Shown here piece by piece: positions 1 to 12,491 of a stretch of 64,000 nucleotides of DNA. The stretch covers positions 9,114,001 to 9,178,000 of the forward strand of contig NC_043023.1 of assembly GCF_006345805.1 (NCBI RefSeq). Direction: 5' to 3'. Positions within the stretch are counted from its first letter, which is position 1. Every line of letters begins with the position of its first letter. Source of the stretch: Octopus sinensis. Lineage: Eukaryota. The notes beneath the pieces are model-generated. The model made no database searches and was not told the DNA's origin. It saw nothing but the letters and a program-made list of their open reading frames with translations. The translations under genes and the position numbers were made by a program.

Positions 1-96
<96 letters not shown>
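1..96. repeat. (TA)n microsatellite; representative of more than 25 similar tracts (e.g. 11920-12140, 17870-17970, 29425-29595, 32950-33127, 39185-39430, 39780-40080, 50922-51050, 56520-56585)
   Basis: Directly visible. Confidence 0.98.
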
Positions 97-98
<2 letters not shown>

Positions 99-515
99 GC
101 AAGCGTTATCTTCAGCGGGTTGAGACACCAAATTCCTCTCACAATATTCTTGTCAACCTGAAGGTGTTGTAGAAATCACTTATCCCATGGTGAATATCCA
201 AGGACGTTGAACACAGGTAATGATATTTCTGTGACGGTGATAACCAAGAGACCTTCTTAAGTACACAGTCATACCAGCAACTTTTTTTGTTAACTGTTTG
301 GATGTAAAACCGAATTAACCGTTTCTTAAAGCTAGGACAATCTTCATCTGTGAATTTCCATCTAATATATATTGTGTTGATCTGTTGTACTGACTGAAGT
401 GATGATATGATTTAATGATGTCGAAGTACAACACCTCTGATTTCATGCTTTAACGATGTATTTAATAAACTTTTCTATGAAACTAAATACTTTATCTAAC
501 GGCTTCCCTTTACAG

Positions 516-650
516 GTACAACACAAATCTAATACCAAAGCAAATACTAAAATTAACAGCCATATTTTTGCTGTTAATATTCCTAACGTTCATGCCCCAG
601 TTACCAACCTTGATGAACCAATTAGAATATCACTCCATGTAACAGATCCG
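516..650 (+). CDS. adGPCR copy 1 exon: distal GAIN domain (VQHKSNTKANTKINSHIFAVNIPNVHAPVTNLDEPIRISLHVTDP)
   Basis: Acceptor ttccctttacag, donor gtaata, 45 codons; INS..I..NL.EP.I pattern typical of GAIN; homologous to 57098-57226. Confidence 0.88.
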
Positions 651-1294
651 GTAATAAATATCTATTTATTATTGCTGTTGTTGTTCTCGTTGTTTCTTTT
701 CATTTCAAGGATATACTTAATTCCTCCTGAAATAAACATGGACCACGGCGCTACAAATAGTACAAGTAGTAGTTGTAGCAGTAGTTGTTGTTGTTGTTTT
801 AGCTGTTGCAAGTGACAATTATAACTATATCTTTATAATGTGTGTCATGGACATGTTTCCAGTTATTTGTGTTGTATTTTAGTATCGCCAGTATATTATT
901 TTAATATGTATATTGCTTTCATTGATTGCGGCTGTGTATTTTAAATTTGGTTAATTTCTTTGGGATTTCGTTGACAGTTGTTGTTGTTGCTCTTCTTTAT
1001 CCTGTTCTTGTTGTTTACCTTCATGCCATGCTTGACCTTGTTGACCTATTATAAAACACATTACAATCGTGAACATCACGATATTTAGTTCATTTAACAT
1101 TTCTAGAACTACACTAACTAATCTCTTCTGTCATTGTTATAGTGATGCAATATAAATTAGGAGAATATACATAGATATATATATACGCTCACAGTGTCAG
1201 TAATAATTAAACATTTATAAACTTAGCTTAGTAATGATTCATTATATGTATTTTAATTACTTGATTAAAATATCAGAATTTATATTTTTTCCAG

Positions 1295-1435
1295 AATGCC
1301 ATCAACCCCCAATGTGTCTACTGGAATGAATCCTCCAAACATTGGGCGACAGAAGGCTGTAATATGTCCCGCTATGTACCTAGGAAGAAAGTATTTTGTT
1401 CCTGTAACCATCTTACAAGTTTTGCTATACTAATG
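1295..1435 (+). CDS. adGPCR copy 1 exon: GPS autoproteolysis motif and start of Stachel
   Basis: ttttttccag / gttggt; NAINPQCVYWNESSKHWATEGCNMSRYVPRKKVFCSCNHLTSFAILM. Confidence 0.95.
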
Positions 1436-2344
1436 GTTGGTAACATTATGGCGTGTTGTTAACTGCCTGTAAATTGGCAATTGTGTCTATGGATAAATAA
1501 TTTCAACGCCTATTAAATTTCATGTTGGTGGATAGTTCAGTAAATATGTGACATTGATATTTTGTAATAAGTCACTGTTGTTCTTGCTGCTACGGCTGTT
1601 GTTTATTACTTTAAACTCACGATGGGGTCCGTTAGGTGCACCAAGTCGCCATCCTCAATAAAATGCGTGAGGTTTCTTCCAACACGGATGTGAAGGACAC
1701 AGAAACAGTCATCTCTCCTGGAATTAATATCTATTGCTTTGAAACTCTCAGACTGTTACTCTAAGTGATAGATATTTAATAGCACAATAAACATGTTTGC
1801 AGCTTAGAATTTTAATCATTGGTCGTTTCATGATTCTCTTACAAGATCTCTCCTCTTATTTAACTGACAATTTGTGTCAATAATCCACATGTATCCAATA
1901 TTTATCAGTTTTTACAACACTCCTATTAACCATAAAAACCATATCCCTATATATTATAGATTATTTAAGCCTAAGCGAAGAGTTGAACTCACCCAATATG
2001 TTAGTACACTCCATACTGGTTCTATTATCATCTGACATCACAATGACGGAGATTAAATAATCAAGTCACGGATGTTGTTTCTATCATTATCAGTGTTTTC
2101 AGGAACACTACTGATTCAACTCGTCTTTATTACTGTTTTCGTTTCTATTGTTTTTATTACCAAAATGATTCCAATTTCACATTTTAAATGTATCTAGCTA
2201 ATTATTCATCTCATATTTCACGTCGTACATCGGTCCTCAGTTAACAGATCGTTTCAGTGATGCACCTTGAATTAGTTGTACTGATAACATAAGATACACG
2301 TTCAGTGAATTTGAACTCAAGGTTTAAACGCTGATGGTATATTG

Positions 2345-2754
2345 CAAGCTGGCAGAAACGTTAGCACGCCGAGCGAAATGCGTAGCCGTATTTCGTCTGA
2401 TGTTACGTTCTGAGTTCAAATTCCGCCGACGTCGACTTTGCCTATCATCCTTTCGGGGTCGATTAAATAAGTACCAGTTACGCACTGGGGTCGATATAAT
2501 CGACTTAATAACTATGTCTGTTCTTGTTTGTCCCCTCTGTGTTTAGCTCCTTGTGGGTAATAAAGAAATAGGTATTTCGTCTGTCGTTACGTTCTGAGTT
2601 CAAATTCCGCCGAGGTCAACTTTGCCTTTCATCCTTTCGGGGTCGATTAAATAAGCACCAGTTACGCACTGGGGTCGATATAATCGACTTAATAACTATG
2701 TCTGTCCTTGTTTGTCCCCTCTGTGTTTAGCCCCTTGTGGGTAATAAAGAAATA
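2345..2754 (+). mobile_element. SINE family A, head-to-tail dimer (full copy + 5'-truncated copy)
   Basis: gctggcagaaacgttagc..gagttcaaattcc (A/B-box-like); 9-bp TSD ggtatattg at 2336 and 2755. Confidence 0.85.
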
Positions 2755-2958
2755 GGTATATTGTACATGGAGTCAGATGTCGCTTACATACATTATATAT
2801 ATAGTAGTGCTTCATATTGTAATTAAGTATCATGTAACATGTAATAGGAGATGGTCCCCACGTATATGAACACTCATAATTTATATAAGTATTGACTTAG
2901 CATATAAAAAAGGAAGAGGAGGAGGGGGATAATACGTTGTTGTTTGTTTCTATTGCAG

Positions 2959-3080
2959 AACGTCTACCAGAATGAAGGAGATTTAAAGAATAGTCAACTC
3001 TTGTCTATTCTTTCTAATATTGGTTCCGGAATATCATTTGTCTGTCTCATTCTGACAGTAATAATTCATATTTATTCAAA
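2959..3080 (+). CDS. adGPCR copy 1 exon: TM1
   Basis: ctattgcag / gtaagc; NVYQNEGDLKNSQLLSILSNIGSGISFVCLILTVIIHIYS(K). Confidence 0.93.
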
Positions 3081-3519
3081 GTAAGCATTTCAATTTCTAT
3101 TTCCTTTTATAAACTATTCAAATACATTGAGACAGTGTCCATCAGTTAGTGGGTCTCTCGCACATTGGTAAGCATGACGTGGTTGATGTCTGCGGGAAAA
3201 TCATGGATGTGAAGAGAATTCCAAGGTCAACAACTACACTATAAGAGTAAAAACAATAACCAGAATTGCATGTGATTTCTCATTACTAACCGGAAGATAG
3301 ATGGGGAAACCTAGACCACTGTAAAGAAATTAGACTCATTCCCGAGGTTTTCTATTACTTTGCAAAAAGGAAACGTCTACCTTTTCATATATCAGCTCAC
3401 TAATCTATGTACTGTGTTCGACTCACATTTGTTAATTAGTTATAAAAATAACAATGGAAATACCATCAAACATAATAACCTATACAGCTGTTCAGAAAGT
3501 CATATTTAACAGCAGGCAG

Positions 3520-4500
3520 TGTGCCACAGATGTGGTCAGTCCCTCCGGAAGAGGAAGCGCTCCAAATTGGTCAGCCACGAAACAGGGCAGGCGGTAGGTG
3601 ATAACAGAAGCTATGTACATCTGTGTCGCCTCCGCCCGTCCTAGCAGAGATAACGCCCTTCCAGACCAGGTCCGGATTAAGGCAGTCTTCTTGTTTGTGA
3701 TGTCATAACAATTCTTCTCTATCTGAAGGTCAGGAAACAGGCCCCTAGCGTTTTAACAGGATCTTCCGTTCAACTTTTCGCTCCAGGTGCCGAGTTGCAA
3801 GCCGAGTGACTTATTGTGGCTTATTTCTGCTCATGCCACCGTTTCGTATCGTTTGATGGCGTTTCCTACACAAGGTAGCTGCCATTCATCAGACACGATT
3901 ATGGAGATGCCACCCGCATACGCGGTAGGCGTTCTTCTACAACTCAGATTACGCGGAATGCCCCTAAAGTCTCCATCCTTCGCAGTAATGGCTCATTCAA
4001 AAGCTGAGACAGGGGACATCCCTAGCGAACCAATCGCCTGATGTTGAACATTTCGAGAAGAAACCGTTCATTCATACGAGGGACTGGATGTTGACCATAG
4101 AAGCTATCCAGCCGCGGAAAGTTAATTTTATCCTCCCTGGAAAAAAGCTATCCAGCCGCGGAAAGTTAATTTTATCCTCTCTGGAAAGAAACAGTGCTGC
4201 CACCACCCAGGCGATATCTATCTCTGGTGGTACTTTTTATCCGGGACGTTCTTCACCCCATATATGAAGGCAGAACTACCACCTCATTTGTTTTTAAGGT
4301 CTGCATAGAGTTCTCACGAACTTTCTCCTCAATCACAAAATGTACCTCTACTGAGGCAAAATTTTTGCCTCGAGCCACCTATGCGACATCCTTCCATATT
4401 GGCCGGAGGCATTTCTCAATTTTCTCCTTGGGTAAATTTTCAATTCTTTAGTTTTCTGCATTATGCCATTTGTGAACAATTGTTTTGCTCCTCGTTTCTA
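3520..4500 (-). mobile_element. Degenerate Tx1-like ORF2 fragment in adGPCR copy 1 intron
   Basis: Reverse-strand translation gives VR*GCPL, TAYAGG, KSLGLQLGTW and RAEATQMYIASVI, matching the ORF2 at 45324-48188; contains a 44-bp tandem duplication at 4101-4187. Confidence 0.72.
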
Positions 4501-5282
4501 TGGTAATGTCACTAGGTGGGCCAATGTTCGCATCGCCCTGTTCATCGTCAACATTCCATAATATGTCTGGTACTCAGACCGTGGAATGTTTTCTTGGTGT
4601 ACCGCGACCGCTGCCGCAAAATGTCTGGCAGCCATACTTGCCGCACTTGTTTTTGGATTTTCTTTAGATACAGCCATTCGTTCTTTAATAATTTCAACTG
4701 TCATTTTTTTCCGTAAGAGAAAAATACAACAAATATTTTTTCCAAATGAATTCTCTCTGAAGAAAATTTAAACCAATTTTTCTCCTGCGAGAGAGACAAT
4801 GTTTCACATCGTCCCCCGTCGAATGAGGACAGTTAAAAACAAAAACAAAGACCTGTAAACAAGCTGTAAACAAGTTCATGAAACTAATCACACAGGTTTA
4901 AATCTTTCCCCCGTCGGCGGAAAGCACATGATTTCAGCAAAAGCCTGCTAAGCAGACAATAGTTCTTAATGAACACGCAGTAACAAGTAATCACAACAAT
5001 ACCTTCACGGTCCTATTAGCGTTGAAAAACAAAACTTCTCTAGAAATTGGCGCATATGACACCTCTTATCAGACTGTTCTGCGCATGCTCATTTATACTA
5101 ACTAGTATTGTTCACTTAGCCAATCACGGGGTGTACAGATTCCTCATACAACAATAAACTAAATAATAATCGAACTAGCTTCTAAGAATGTATTCTACAC
5201 GAAGAATGGTCAAGCAGATGTCCTTAAACTTTTAGCGATAGCTGGCTTACAACTCTCTCCGTGGAGAGTTAAAGAAATTATC

Positions 5283-5328
5283 CAGTCGCTGATGAAATCC
5301 CAACATAAAATTGAAACTAGTCCGGCTG
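5283..5328 (+). ncRNA. Type-I hammerhead ribozyme motif (minimal, palindromic stem III)
   Basis: cagtcg-CUGAUGA-aat(11 nt)att-GAAA-cuag-UC-cggctg; stem I 6 bp; GUC cleavage triplet. Confidence 0.75.
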
Positions 5329-5794
5329 ATTCTTACTTTTATTGCTACAAAGATATTGTAATGTAATTCCTACAACTGTACATCGAATCTATCACCGACT
5401 AAAACCTACAAATATAATATAGCATTGCTACGAATGTACCAACAATGTATATTATGTGTGTACAGCATCGCGTCCTACGTTTAATGTAACATGTACAGAT
5501 ACCTGACTTGTTCTTTGACTATAAAGAACTACCATCATAAACAACCAGACCTTCCCAGTCAGCACAATAAACAATAAACATAATGTTTTATATCTCATAC
5601 AGATCATTATACACAGCTATTTTACACATGTCTATATACAAATTCTAAATAAATATTTCATATATCATTTATATTTCGAATGACTATCACCAATATACGC
5701 AGTTGTAGTTAACTTTTGATTCATTGAGCAATTTCTTTTAGGTTTATGTTAATTAAATACAATATTATTATTTCTTTTTTTTTCATTATCTCAG

Positions 5795-5918
5795 AACCCT
5801 ATGGAAAGTAATGGCTTCAAAGATTTTAGTAAATTTGTGCATTTCTTTAGCTGCCACTTATCTTACCTTTCTTGCCGGGTTCCAAGCATATAGCACAGAA
5901 ATAACAGCTGTTTGTAAG
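5795..5918 (+). CDS. adGPCR copy 1 exon: ICL1-TM2-ECL1
   Basis: ttatctcag / gtaagt; TLWKVMASKILVNLCISLAATYLTFLAGFQAYSTEITAVCK. Confidence 0.93.
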
Positions 5919-6069
5919 GTAAGTGAAAACACATTTAAACCAGTACATATTTTGTTTTATATAAAAAAAATTATGAAAAAAAGTCTATAACTTAAATAAA
6001 TTTCATTCAGTAAAAGTCCATGTTGTAGCTATTTCCAAAGTCTTCTAACATTTCTATAAATATTACATT

Positions 6070-6360
6070 TGACCAGTGAGGGAGCGTGGATAAGTGCTTT
6101 CGTATTTTCGACGCACCATCGTAAGGACCTGAGTTCGATACCTTAGGCCAGACACTTTTTCACGCTACTAGAATCCATACAGCTAGAAAATAATGAGTGC
6201 TACCTGTATTTTAATAGGGCCAGCTTTGTCACATTCTGTGTTACGCTGAATTTTCTTGACAACTACATTAATGGAAGCAGTTCCGGGCGGATTGGCATCA
6301 AAAGGGTTAATCGGATCGACAAAACCCCTCATCGCCATAACCGACGGTGAACCTTTTCTC
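6070..6360 (+). mobile_element. Old degenerate C1-like SINE; an orthologous copy begins at ~63955 in copy 2
   Basis: gagttcgatacc B-box-like motif; tail cccctcatcgccataaccgacgg; shared start tttgaccagtgaggg. Confidence 0.6.
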
Positions 6361-6959
6361 ATTTGACCATGATTAATTGTCAGATGATAACATTATGATC
6401 AGAAATACCAAGTAATAAGTGATCAATTTTTAATTGGTGTAATCGTATTTTTGTAAGACATCTTCTGCGTCTCCTAATGACTTTATATAAAATGTTTTGC
6501 TCCCTCCATATGTCTATGCTCGCTTCCTGTTCATATTAAAACACTTTTATGATCAAAAATACCAAGTAATGAGTGGTCGATTCTTAATTCATATTTTTGT
6601 AATTGTAATTTTGAATCGTATTTTTGTAAAACATCTTGCAAACCTCCTCTCGCCTTTATATAAAAAAACATAGCTCACCCCACATGTCTATACTAGTTTC
6701 CTCTTCAGCATGCATTCAATTTTATTCTATCTCCTCATCTAATCAGCCATTTTTAGGAAGAGGCAAATGAGTCGATGCCATAGTTCCTGATACTTGATTA
6801 GTACTTTGATGTATGGATGCCCATGAGGGATGAAATATAAAGTTGAACCCTGTCTTCCCTCCGAAGTCGATAAGTTAAGGTAACAATCGAGTAATGAGAT
6901 CGATAGTATAGACTAACATCGCTTTCTCTCTCTCGCTCTCTCTCTCTCTCAAACTTGCG

Positions 6960-7115
6960 CAACTTGCCACGGAATCGTTAGCGCGCCGGACAAAAGGCTT
7001 AGCGGCATTTCGTCTGTCTTTACATTCTGTGCTCCAATTCCACCTCTCAAATTTCGTGATCAATAACATAAGTACCAGCTTAGCACTTTGGTCAATGTAA
7101 TCGACTAACCTATTC
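6960..7115 (+). mobile_element. SINE family A, degenerate
   Basis: gaatcgttagcgcgccggacaaa..catttcgtctg..aagtaccag..aatcgactaa. Confidence 0.55.
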
Positions 7116-7144
7116 ACCAAAATTTCAAATCTTGTGCCAATAAA

Positions 7145-7200
7145 ATAAAGAATTATTATTATTATTATTATTATTATTATGATGATGATCATCGTCATCA

Positions 7201-7235
<35 letters not shown>

Positions 7236-7271
7236 GTGACTATTATTATTGTGATTATTGTGATTATTGTG

Positions 7272-7333
<62 letters not shown>

Positions 7334-7595
7334 TATTATTGTGATTATTATTATTATTGTGATTATTATTATTGTGATTATTATTATTATTATTATTATT
7401 ATTGTGATTATTATTATTATTGTGATTATTATTGTGATTATTATTATTGTGATTATTATTATTATTATTATTATTATTAATATTATTATTATTGTGATTA
7501 TTATTGTGATTATTATTATTATTATTATTATTAATATTATTATTATTGTGATTATTATTATTATTATTATTATTATTAATATTATTATTATTGAG

Positions 7596-7647
<52 letters not shown>

Positions 7648-7675
7648 GTAGTAGTAGTAGTAGTAGTAGTAGTAC
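7145..7675. repeat. Long (ATT)n/(ATTGTG) then (AGT)n microsatellite
   Basis: Directly visible; source of the poly-I and poly-N ORFs. Confidence 0.97.
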
Positions 7676-7913
7676 ATAATGGTAATGTCGTGAATTGGTA
7701 AAAACATGAAACGAAATACACTTTTATATTGAATGACGTTTTTCTGAATTTTCTGTCGATTTTTCAGTAAGATCTGTTTAAAAATTTATCCCCCTGGGTC
7801 ACTAATATAAAATATCAATCAAGGCCTGGCATCTATACGCCACCTCTGCAAAATAATACATATTCAATGCCTTGTGTGTGTGTTACGTATCATTAACTTT
7901 GTTGTTTTTGTAG

Positions 7914-8058
7914 GCAGTGGCTGCTCTGTTACACTACTTCCTTCTGACATCTTTCATCTGGATGGCTGTAGAAGCACTTCATATTTTCCTGGGCGTCGTT
8001 GTTGTATTCAACATATATCAGTCATCTTTTATTAAGAAGTGTTCAATTTTGGTCTGGG
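7914..8058 (+). CDS. adGPCR copy 1 exon: TM3-ICL2
   Basis: tttttgtag / gtatgt; AVAALLHYFLLTSFIWMAVEALHIFLGVVVVFNIYQSSFIKKCSILVW(G). Confidence 0.95.
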
Positions 8059-8749
8059 GTATGTATGGCGGCTTTCTGTCTTTCTGTCTCTAATTCCATC
8101 TCTCTCTATCTCACACATTGTTTTCCTTCCTTTCTTTTCTCTTTCATTCTTTCATTCTTTCATTCTCCCTTTATTTCTCTCCCTCTCTCTCTATCTATTT
8201 TCCCACACACTCTGTGTTAAAGTTTTGTATTGATAATAGTTGATTGGAAAAGGTTCACTTATTGATTTCATTGACCCGAAAATGGTGAAAGAATAAACTG
8301 ACTTCCATGGGATTCGAACCCTGAGTACTGAACTAAACACTTTAAATCATGTCTTTTGGAATTATGTAAGTGGGTGCTACCCAGTAAGGGGCTCAGTTTA
8401 TTTTTCTCCGTTATACTCTTCTAATGTTACAGAAAGCATTGAAAATTATTGCTGTAAAGCATTTAGGACAGTGCTTTATAGCCTCAGTCCTCTACATCGT
8501 AATCAATCTTGCAATATCTAAAAACACTTGTGAGACACGAAATTAAATTTCTGTTACTTAAAAGCAACCACAATCTAGGTTACCGCTTAGTCTCACAGTA
8601 AAATCCAGATTTATAAACCCAGAAGCATTAAATCCTTAGTGAAAATATCACTCCTATGGCACACTCGGTCAGCAGTGAACAGGCAGACCTATAATTGAGG
8701 ACATTCTATTTATGACCATCCTGTCAATACAGCAAACACTACAGTGTCC

Positions 8750-9020
8750 AAACTGAAAAGAAGCCCGTCGTATATATGTATATATATATATATATATATG
8801 TATGCGTGTGTGTGTTTGTGTGTCTGTGTTTGTCCCTCTAGCATTGCTTGACAACCGATGCTGGTGTGTTTATGTCCCCGTTACTTAGCGGTTCGGCAAA
8901 AGAAACTGATAGAATAAGTACTGGGCTTACAAAAGAATAAGTCCCGGGGTCGAGTTGCTCGACTAAAGGCGGTGCTCCAGCATGGCCGCAGTCAAATGAC
9001 TGAAAGAAGTAAAAGAGAGA
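8750..9020 (+). mobile_element. SINE family B, 3' part
   Basis: aaactgaaagaagcccgtcg-(TA/TG)n-ctagcattgcttgacaacc...ccagcatggccgcagtc. Confidence 0.82.
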
Positions 9021-10268
9021 GTATGGGCTGAGACGTTTCGTGGATTCACATCTGACGATGAACATTCTTAGAAACCGATTCCTATTTATAAGTTAGGTGA
9101 AATAAAGAGATAATAAAGTAGACTTAAAGACACCAACAAATAATCATATTTCTTATTCACCCGACCTTCTCACTTCTATAATTTGATGGAAGTTGGAGAT
9201 GCTATATCTTGGTTTAACTAAATAAGAATTTAGTTAAGGCTGAAGTTAGTTGACCAAATATCATATTAAGACAGAACCACCATAAGATATGTTGTTGTGG
9301 TGGTGGTCACTGTTTGACTTTAGATCAGTTCTACAGATTTATGAACAGAAACATTCTTGACTTGGCAAGTTCCTCATTCCAGAGATGGTTGTATTATATA
9401 ATCCTGCCTTCTTTTTTAAAGAGAGTAAGGTATTATTCCCTCGTGACAATATTTGCTCCTCTTTCATGACTGTAGAAAATTTGAACATAAACCATATCTT
9501 AGAGAGAGCCATGTCTTAATATAATCAACTTGGAACAGGAAATATGCTAAATAACTTAATTGATAAGTGGTCGAATTAGATATTAATTTTGACTTAGTCA
9601 AGATGATAGCTCAACCAACAATAAATGCAGATGATCAATTTGATTATATCAGAAAGCTAGCAGGATAAACAGTGGTGACCTTCGCTTGAACAGATTGGTA
9701 AATTGATAAGATGAGAAAGTAGTTGAAGCGAGATGTAAATATCTATACATGTGTAAGAAGATTATCCTTAAATCCTTAAATCCTTAAAAGTGTTTCAGTC
9801 CGATGGCCGCGGCCATGCTGGGGCACCAGGGTAAGCTATTAGAGCAGCCTAAAATTACATTTTCCTTCAGACAGTTTCACTTCGATCTCATCTCTAAGAC
9901 TTACTCATTTTGCACTTTCACCTGATGCACCAAGTAATGTGTGAAGAGGTTTGTGAGAGTGAACTTTTGTTGTCTTCTGTGTAATTTGATCTTTACACCA
10001 TTGTCCAGAACGTCCAGTATTTTTTCACTTTTTGTTTCCCACTAAAACACATATTTGATAGAATCGAAGTTCTATGTTAGCCGTACATATTCTTGAGACC
10101 AAAGGATCAAATGTCTAGGTGTGGCCTGTTTGAGATACGAAATATATTATTAATTTCTTTTGGGAAAAACATAATCAACTATATCGATTCAAATTTCATA
10201 TGTTTATTATTATAAATTTTCATTAACATCTACATATGCTTATTCCTTTCTGTAAATATCGTTGTCAG

Positions 10269-10341
10269 GTCTCCCAGCTGTCATTGTCATAATTACTCTG
10301 GCAATTAACAACACAAACAATTACATCAAAAGTGATCAAGT
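10269..10341 (+). CDS. adGPCR copy 1 exon: TM4-ECL2
   Basis: gttgtcag / gtaagt; (G)LPAVIVIITLAINNTNNYIKSDQ(V); phases fit both neighbours. Confidence 0.9.
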
Positions 10342-11037
10342 GTAAGTATTTATGTGTTTTATTGCCCTAATTTTATGTTGTCTTCGCAATTAATATTACT
10401 CGATTTATTTATGCGTTGAATAATGAAGAAGCTACCATCAAGATGAAGCCAAGGATCTGATCCCTGGTAGCTACACACTGATACTGTTTTTGCTTTCTTT
10501 CTTTGTGGATGTCTGTCTTCTCATCTGCTCCGCCTTTCAATTCACTAAGACTAAATATCTATTAGGACATAGCTTCAAAAATATGGATGAAAGTAATATA
10601 CAAAAATAAAACAAAAACATGTACATCAAGGCAGATGTGAGCAACTTCGCAACGGCACTTCGGGCGATTGTTCAGTAAAATCGAAAGCGGCAGTGAACTT
10701 TTAGTTCCTATCTTGTTGGGCTACTGCGGCCTTCGGCGGCTGATGCAGAATGCTGCGAAAACCTATAACGGCAGTCGAGATACCAGAAACATTGAGCGAC
10801 TGTAAGACGCGTAAATCGTCTTTTGGGGCTGGTCTACCAAACAAGTTTTATATATATATATGCCAGACGTATTCGCCGATGTCTACTCCAACGGAAAACA
10901 AAATGGGATAATTCCCAGTTTTTTTAGTAATTCCGATGAAGGAAAGCGCAAACAGGGGCGGAGACGGAACTCAAAATCCCCAGCCCATACCTCTACTCCA
11001 CACAGAGATTAATGATTGATTTTCTATTTCTTTGTAG

Positions 11038-11429
11038 CTGTTGGTTATCCAGCACGGCTTTCTATGCTGCCCTCCTGGCTCCCGTGGCGCTCATCCTCCT
11101 CTTCAACATTACTATGTTTTCTCTCGTTATGAGGAGTCTTAACTCAATGCAAAATGACAAGAAATTTGAACACAAACCAAAAAAAGTACGTGTTTTTGGC
11201 ATCGTTGGATTGTGTTTCCTGCTTGGATTTCCCTGGCTCTTACCATTCTTTGGTTTTGGTGAAGCAGCTGAAGTGTTTCGCCTTCTTTTTGCTATATTCA
11301 CTCCCCTTCAAGGAATGTTTATCTTCCTATGCTACTGTATATACAAAAAAGATACCAGAGACGTCATTTGCCTGTTCGTATGTAAACGAAAAACATGGGA
11401 GCTGTGGGAAGATCCGAAGAATATAAAAA
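11038..11429 (+). CDS. adGPCR copy 1 exon: ECL2-TM5-TM6-TM7-helix 8
   Basis: tctttgtag / gtaagt; CWLSSTAFYAALLAPVALILLFN...GLCFLLGFPW...LQGMFIFLCYC; lies within ORF-track 11012..11518. Confidence 0.95.
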
Positions 11430-11596
11430 GTAAGTGTAATTTGGTCTCTTTAATTGCTAGAGTCACAAAAACCAATATTGTCATGATGTTACAATCAATA
11501 TCATCACTTTTAGGATAGACTTCGTCATAAATATCAACACCACTGTCATCATCATCATCATCATCATTATATACAAGTATATATCCTCACTACGTC

Positions 11597-11660
<64 letters not shown>

Positions 11661-11689
11661 TGTGTGTGTGTGTGTGTGTGTGTGCGTGC

Positions 11690-11905
11690 GTCATCTACCC
11701 GTACTCATGTAAACGAAACAAAGTAGATATGAAGCAAGCTATGAAGGATATAAAAAGTAAGTGTGATTTTGCGTCTCTTATTCCTTCCACCAACAAAACC
11801 AATTCTGTCATGAGGGAAATAATCATAATCTTCATTTCTCAAAACTCCATCACTACCAACGTTACAACTCTTCATCATAAACATCAATTTCGCTGTCATC
11901 CTCAT
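11690..11905 (+). pseudogene. Diverged remnant duplicate of the 3' end of the TM5-7 exon plus donor site and following intron
   Basis: [22 protein letters not shown]|a-gtaagt (donor 11757) aligns without gaps to VICLFVCKRKTWELWEDPKNIK|a-gtaagt (donor 11430); ~150 nt of downstream intron also aligns; 5' side ends in a (TG)n tract with no acceptor. Confidence 0.75.
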
Positions 11906-11915
11906 CGTTCTCAAC

Positions 11916-12048
<133 letters not shown>

Positions 12049-12085
12049 TATACATACATACGTGTACATACATACATACACAGAC

Positions 12086-12140
<55 letters not shown>

Positions 12141-12419
12141 ATAATATTGGGGAGTAAATCCAAACTTACCGCGAAGAATTAGATTTAGTATTAAATCTAA
12201 TTTTACAGTATAAATATATATATATATATAAAATTAGAGATAAAACTACTATTAGGCAAATCAAACAGTGAAAAACATAAACCAAAACAGAAATAAAATT
12301 AATTAATATAATATACAAAATATATAAAATATAAAATTCAAATTTAAATTATTTAAATTTAAAGCTAAAAATTAAAAATTTAAAAAAATTATTAATTTAT
12401 ACTTATAAATTTATATATT

Positions 12420-12491
<72 letters not shown>

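Noticed and set aside
125-205. Candidate extra exon (TKFLSQYSCQPEGVVEITYPMV versus TKYISQNSCQPQAVVEIPFPKV at ~56735)
   Set aside because: Substitutions are not third-position biased, there is an in-frame TGA just upstream in copy 1, and splice sites are unconvincing. Treated as conserved intron or old repeat.
5055-5095. tcttatcag resemblance to U2 snRNA (a known Tx1 target)
   Set aside because: Only 9 nt match; no further U2 sequence.
7125-7721. Long poly-N/poly-I ORFs, and similar YI-, CV- and MYVC-repeat ORFs throughout the window
   Set aside because: These are translations of microsatellites, with no splice or domain evidence.
9040-9085. CUGACGA...GAAA and reverse-strand GAAACGUC hammerhead-like pieces
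   Set aside because: No complementary stem I on +, and no CUGANGA core on -; incomplete.
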